Assembly (NCBI GenBank): GCA_038203825.1
Contig: JBBRDO010000013.1
Location: forward strand, 265 to 64,264
Reading direction: 5' to 3'
DNA: 64,000 nt
From: Chloroflexia bacterium
GTDB taxonomy: Bacteria; Chloroflexota; Chloroflexia; QHBQ01; JADMIH01
In this document: piece by piece, positions 61,401 to 64,000 of the stretch
Numbering within the stretch: position 1 is the first letter of the stretch
How the letters are laid out: each line of letters opens with the position of its first letter
Notes under the pieces: model-generated
What the model was told of the DNA's origin: nothing
Database searches by the model: none
The model's input: the letters and a program-made list of their open reading frames with translations, nothing else
Made by a program: the position numbers and the translations under genes

Positions 61401-64000
61401 CGGTCCAGCGCATAGCTGTAGGCGTTGAACGTGACTCCCTGGGGAGGGGCGAACGACAGGTTGAAGCTGGGACTGTTGGTCGGCTTGACGAGCGCAAAGT
61501 TGTCCAGGTAGTAGGCGTCGCCCACCTCGCCCGAATCTACAGGCGCGTATTGCATGTAAGCCAGCGAGTCGACTTGTCCGAAGGCGATGTCGTCAACCTG
61601 GAAGGATGTGGCATCGGGCCGGTTGGAGCGGAGCAGCGCCAGCAGATCAAGCTGGTAGTGCCTCCACGTGCCATCTGCTGTGAGCTCGGGCGCGGACACG
61701 GTGACGAAATACTGCCCCGCTATGGTGCGGCTGGCCGACCCGGCATTGCCCATACGGGCCTGCCACCAGGTGCCGTTGCTCTTGACGAGCAGGTTGGGCG
61801 CGTAGCCCGGCGGCATGTTGTAGTCGAACTCCACTATAGGATATTTGGCGGCATCGATAGGGGTCGAGAGCACGTTCACGAGCCGGGCACCGCCCGCCTT
61901 GCGCGCCACCTTCACGGCGGAATTGCCATCGGCGAGGCCGGCACCGGCGCCCGTCACACGCGATATCTGCGTGCCGAAGCGGTCGAGCGCCTCCCACTGG
62001 CCCGGCCCCGACTCAAGGTCGCTGTAGTAGCCGGTATTGGCATCCGTGGTTACGGATGGTGCAGCAGTTGCGGGGTCAAGGGTGAGGCGTATGCCTTCGG
62101 GTGTTGGTATGGCGGAGCCGAAGCCTGCGTCACCTGCAAGGAAGGGAGCCAGGAAGGCGTGTTTGCCCAGCCCTGTTAGCCCAACGATGGAAGCTTGCAC
62201 AAGGCCGGTTTGCGGGTCGGCCACGCCGCCCAGGTAGCGCCAGCCGGCTGGCGTGCCGTCGCCGATGAGCAGGCCCACTTTGTCAGCAGGCATCGATTTG
62301 TCGTAGCTCATCGTAAGGGTGGCCGGCCTTCGGAATGGCTCGTCCGGCGGGAAGGCCTCATACATTCCGCCCACGAGGGTCATGCCCGCGGGCAGGCTGG
62401 CGCGCCAGTCGCCTGTCACAGTGTCGGTTACGGGGGCAAGCGCCATGAGAGAGAAAGAGCTGAACGTGCCGAAGGGGGGTATGTCGAGTTTAGCATTACC
62501 GTCAGCCGAAGCGATCTCGCCACCTTCAGCGGTGTGCGCCAGCCTGCCCGCCAATACGGGCAGACTATCGACGGCCTCGCGCCCATCGGTCCCCTGCACG
62601 CGCAGCCGCAGAGTATACAGGCCGTTCAAGCCGGGCTGCGTCCAGGGCTTGAATTCGTCTATGCCCACGTTCCAGTTTGCCAGGTTGCCTGCGTGGTTCA
62701 GGCCGTTATTGGCGTTAGGCAGCGCGCTCGGCGAGAGGCTGTTGGTGATCGTGACCCAGGTTGTGGGGTTGGCCCCCTCGCCATATTGCAATGTATAACT
62801 CTGGAACTTCTCGCCGTAGGCTTCGCCGAGTACGGGCACATCCTGTCCGCGCACTAGGCCGTAAGCACTGGGCGAAAGCAGGTTGGCAACGAACGGACTG
62901 ATGGTGACGCCGGTCTCGACGCCCTGGCCGCCCGCGCTGATACGTGTTGTATAGGGTTTGTCTTCTACAGTCGCGCCCTGGTCGTTCTTGCCGTCCCATA
63001 CGGCGACCCTGTAGCCTGCGGGCTGGGATTGGTCCTTTAGAAGTGTGCGCACTGTTGTGCCGCTTGCGTCGCGTATCTCGATGGTCACGGGGGCGCTCTG
63101 TGCAAGCTTGTACCCAATCTGCGCGCCAGGCAGGTACGCCGGTTGTGCGGGCTCTGTATTCACAGGCATGGCATCAGGGGCGTTGTCGGTGAGGCGGCTG
63201 GAGTTAGTGGTCGGTCCCCACCAGGTGTGCCCGCCATAGGCGCCATAGAGTACGCCGCTTATGGCCTTGCCATCCAGCGCCACTTTGTCCACAGGCACCT
63301 GTAAGCGCACCCAGCCGCCGGCTTCGGGGAGAGCACCCATCGGGTAGAGAGAAGCGGTGCCGCGACCGCCGCCCGTTTGCACTTTGTCTTCACCCCAGTA
63401 GACGCGGTGCTCACCGTCGCCGTCGCCTGTGTAGAACTGCATGTAAAGCTCGGTGGAAGGGTTCTGCGGGTCGAGATAGACGTACTGCACGATGTTATCG
63501 TCTGCCGTGAGGGTGAGGGGGCTTGATGCGTGTATGAAATAGTGCATCTGTGAGCCCTTGCTCAAGGCCTGTGTGTGCGCCGGGATCGCGCCGTAGGCAT
63601 GAGCAGGGGTGTCGTCCCACTGCCATGCCCCTACCGCAGTCGCGCCTTCCGGCAGCGCCCCGCCCACGAAAGTCTGGGGGTTATCGCGGTAAGTCTGCGA
63701 GGATAGACTGCTCACTACAGGAGCAGTAACGGGGGCCGCAGCGCTGATTGTGGAGGTTATCTCAAGTGTGGGCGAGATCAGGCCGCCCGTCGAGCGCGTG
63801 ATCTGGACAGGCGCGCTTGATACCGGTGAAGCGGCTGCCCCGCTTAGTACTGCGGGCAGGGTGTGCAGCCCGGGGTCAACGAAATAGGGGTCGCCATTGC
63901 AGCCCGCGCCCACCCCACCGAGCGCGCCTATACCGAACAACATCGCACCTTCGAGGAAAGCCACTTCGCCCGTGGTGACGGCACCCAGTATGATGATGGG
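58412..64000 (-). CDS. Giant secreted multidomain protein (>1860 aa; the frame stays open to the right edge)
   Basis: FlgD-Ig-like modules (VTIEIRDASGTTVRTLL...VAVWDGKNDQG and VSLQVLDSNGRQVRLLV...VVWDSKDASGN). TolB-like PD40 repeats (LSPDGTTLAFVSSRSG, WSPDGTKLAYVSD, WMPDGKNVVFV) lie at about 60.23-60.87 kb. About six C-terminal beta-sandwich repeats carry the motif P-x-G-x-YD-[VL]-[QK]-[VI] at about 58.4-60.0 kb. Confidence 0.85.
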   Translation of the reverse strand, partial: PIIILGAVTTGEVAFLEGAMLFGIGALGGVGAGCNGDPYFVDPGLHTLPAVLSGAAASPVSSAPVQITRSTGGLISPTLEITSTISAAAPVTAPVVSSLSSQTYRDNPQTFVGGALPEGATAVGAWQWDDTPAHAYGAIPAHTQALSKGSQMHYFIHASSPLTLTADDNIVQYVYLDPQNPSTELYMQFYTGDGDGEHRVYWGEDKVQTGGGRGTASLYPMGALPEAGGWVRLQVPVDKVALDGKAISGVLYGAYGGHTWWGPTTNSSRLTDNAPDAMPVNTEPAQPAYLPGAQIGYKLAQSAPVTIEIRDASGTTVRTLLKDQSQPAGYRVAVWDGKNDQGATVEDKPYTTRISAGGQGVETGVTISPFVANLLSPSAYGLVRGQDVPVLGEAYGEKFQSYTLQYGEGANPTTWVTITNSLSPSALPNANNGLNHAGNLANWNVGIDEFKPWTQPGLNGLYTLRLRVQGTDGREAVDSLPVLAGRLAHTAEGGEIASADGNAKLDIPPFGTFSSFSLMALAPVTDTVTGDWRASLPAGMTLVGGMYEAFPPDEPFRRPATLTMSYDKSMPADKVGLLIGDGTPAGWRYLGGVADPQTGLVQASIVGLTGLGKHAFLAPFLAGDAGFGSAIPTPEGIRLTLDPATAAPSVTTDANTGYYSDLESGPGQWEALDRFGTQISRVTGAGAGLADGNSAVKVARKAGGARLVNVLSTPIDAAKYPIVEFDYNMPPGYAPNLLVKSNGTWWQARMGNAGSASRTIAGQYFVTVSAPELTADGTWRHYQLDLLALLRSNRPDATSFQVDDIAFGQVDSLAYMQYAPVDSGEVGDAYYLDNFALVKPTNSPSFNLSFAPPQGVTFNAYSYALDRTVDTTPAETAQGTAPSAKVDLPGDATDGQWYLHVRGQKADGTWSATTHFPLLVDRQAPTVGRADPPPGGAGAPALITIPLPESNGLDLPSVRMRLGTNTYSMSPGNSGLRYVPETQSLQVFFNELDPRPTAFMDGQKVEVAVDAVADYAGNALAAPVAWSFTVDKPAVANQPAFHQLTAQGGEQPALSPDGTTLAFVSSRSGTPIVWLMSASDYTEQAGSAHALLGTTDKAHEGYPAWSPDGTKLAYVSDSGGIQQLWTAASDGSGATAITTGDGGAASPTWMPDGKNVVFVRDGNLWQVASDSTGFRSLTDDPDKPMRTVSAQPNGSLLAVGYKLYQETIKLYNPTTNEMTALTEGGTESEPAWLDSSTILYTSALTGTQSAVMQLGLSGSVANVLQGSGIAGTADLQPTAANPASGGQQIALVSTRGGDRNVWVRQDLQISRLQVVPYSGAPAGEPLTVQYTLPDTSTVSLQVLDSNGRQVRLLVDGAAQQAGAQEVVWDSKDASGNVVAPGDYVVTLSAKVQSGDTLTRRTGARVLDPTSIGTLSLEIDQWAGKPLTTQLYSLQTVVYAQGNMAQPAATAGYYDYQPTFKLPEGRYDVQVAYGGTRTLLRGVGVQGSQTTTQTVNLQLGQLDVSVFTSPGQPATGNPYVRVSRSGDTTNTVVQTAYDPVSSFILPPGKYDLQVEFQGVTKRAYGVLVRAGQATAQDIDLGSGLISLSVYEQDGQLAESGTGRLEVDAYRVGDHTDKVAYDYNNPAQLRVPAGSYDLKISYGTVARGFESGNVAGGSVTMWLNNVQVDQGQTLTRDYNMRLTPVALKVEESPGKLAITSTATLSKMQFTVYPKDSLTNYVGLSYTNTLHLQLPEGEYVVVADYAGTQLRQSGPVGDPITVKYGQSVDKTIDLGLGHFLVTVHDATGQVLDPEDLYTTAYPAGTTDNAFANAYRSNPLDLPVRGGVSYDIQLHQYSTGKTLVLAGKQLPEGETVSLDANIADFK

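Noticed and set aside
61232-62857. Plus-strand ORFs of 315 and 220 aa (61232-62179 and 62195-62857)
   Set aside because: They are antisense to the giant surface-protein gene, and no motifs were seen.

Overview
GC-rich bacterial chromosomal window, all calls made by eye from motifs with no database search. Lipoprotein solute-binding proteins with Thr/Ala/Pro linkers, near-leaderless genes and a Gram-positive-type SOS box make me guess Chloroflexota-like, at low confidence. Most of the window is ordinary operons. These are a LacI-controlled sugar ABC/GH1 locus (1-5.3 kb) and a GntR-controlled BMP-type (nucleoside-like) ABC importer with an unusual enzyme set (7-17.6 kb). There is also a LacI-controlled partial myo-inositol cluster with iolG/D/G/B/E (19.6-26.8 kb), three two-component systems, NitT/TauT and polar amino-acid ABC systems, dnaE, vapBC, PadR-MFS, and a >1850-aa surface protein running off the right edge. 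Accessory and decayed DNA occurs in four places. First, an ISAs1-like shell whose terminal inverted repeats enclose a PIN gene and a transposase-LysM chimera (5.37-6.94 kb). Second, an IS/toxin-antitoxin debris field (17.6-19.5 kb). Third, an intact solo tnpB element (46.4-47.8 kb). Fourth, a previously hidden decayed tnpB relic that explains much of the 0.8-kb 'empty' spacer after iolE (26.8-27.25 kb). The most novel-looking item is an ECF sigma factor coupled to a soluble HxxxCxxC anti-sigma domain fused to DUF302, followed by thioredoxin (40.8-42.9 kb). Other notable signals are a perfect 20-bp GAAC-N4-GTTC palindrome inside the dnaE promoter and non-coding tnpB left ends that are better conserved than the tnpB coding sequence, both abutting TTAC. 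There are also Gly/Met-rich repeats shared by a secreted protein and its neighbouring kinase sensor, and many short 8/9/14-nt tandem arrays. No rRNA, tRNA or CRISPR array was seen.
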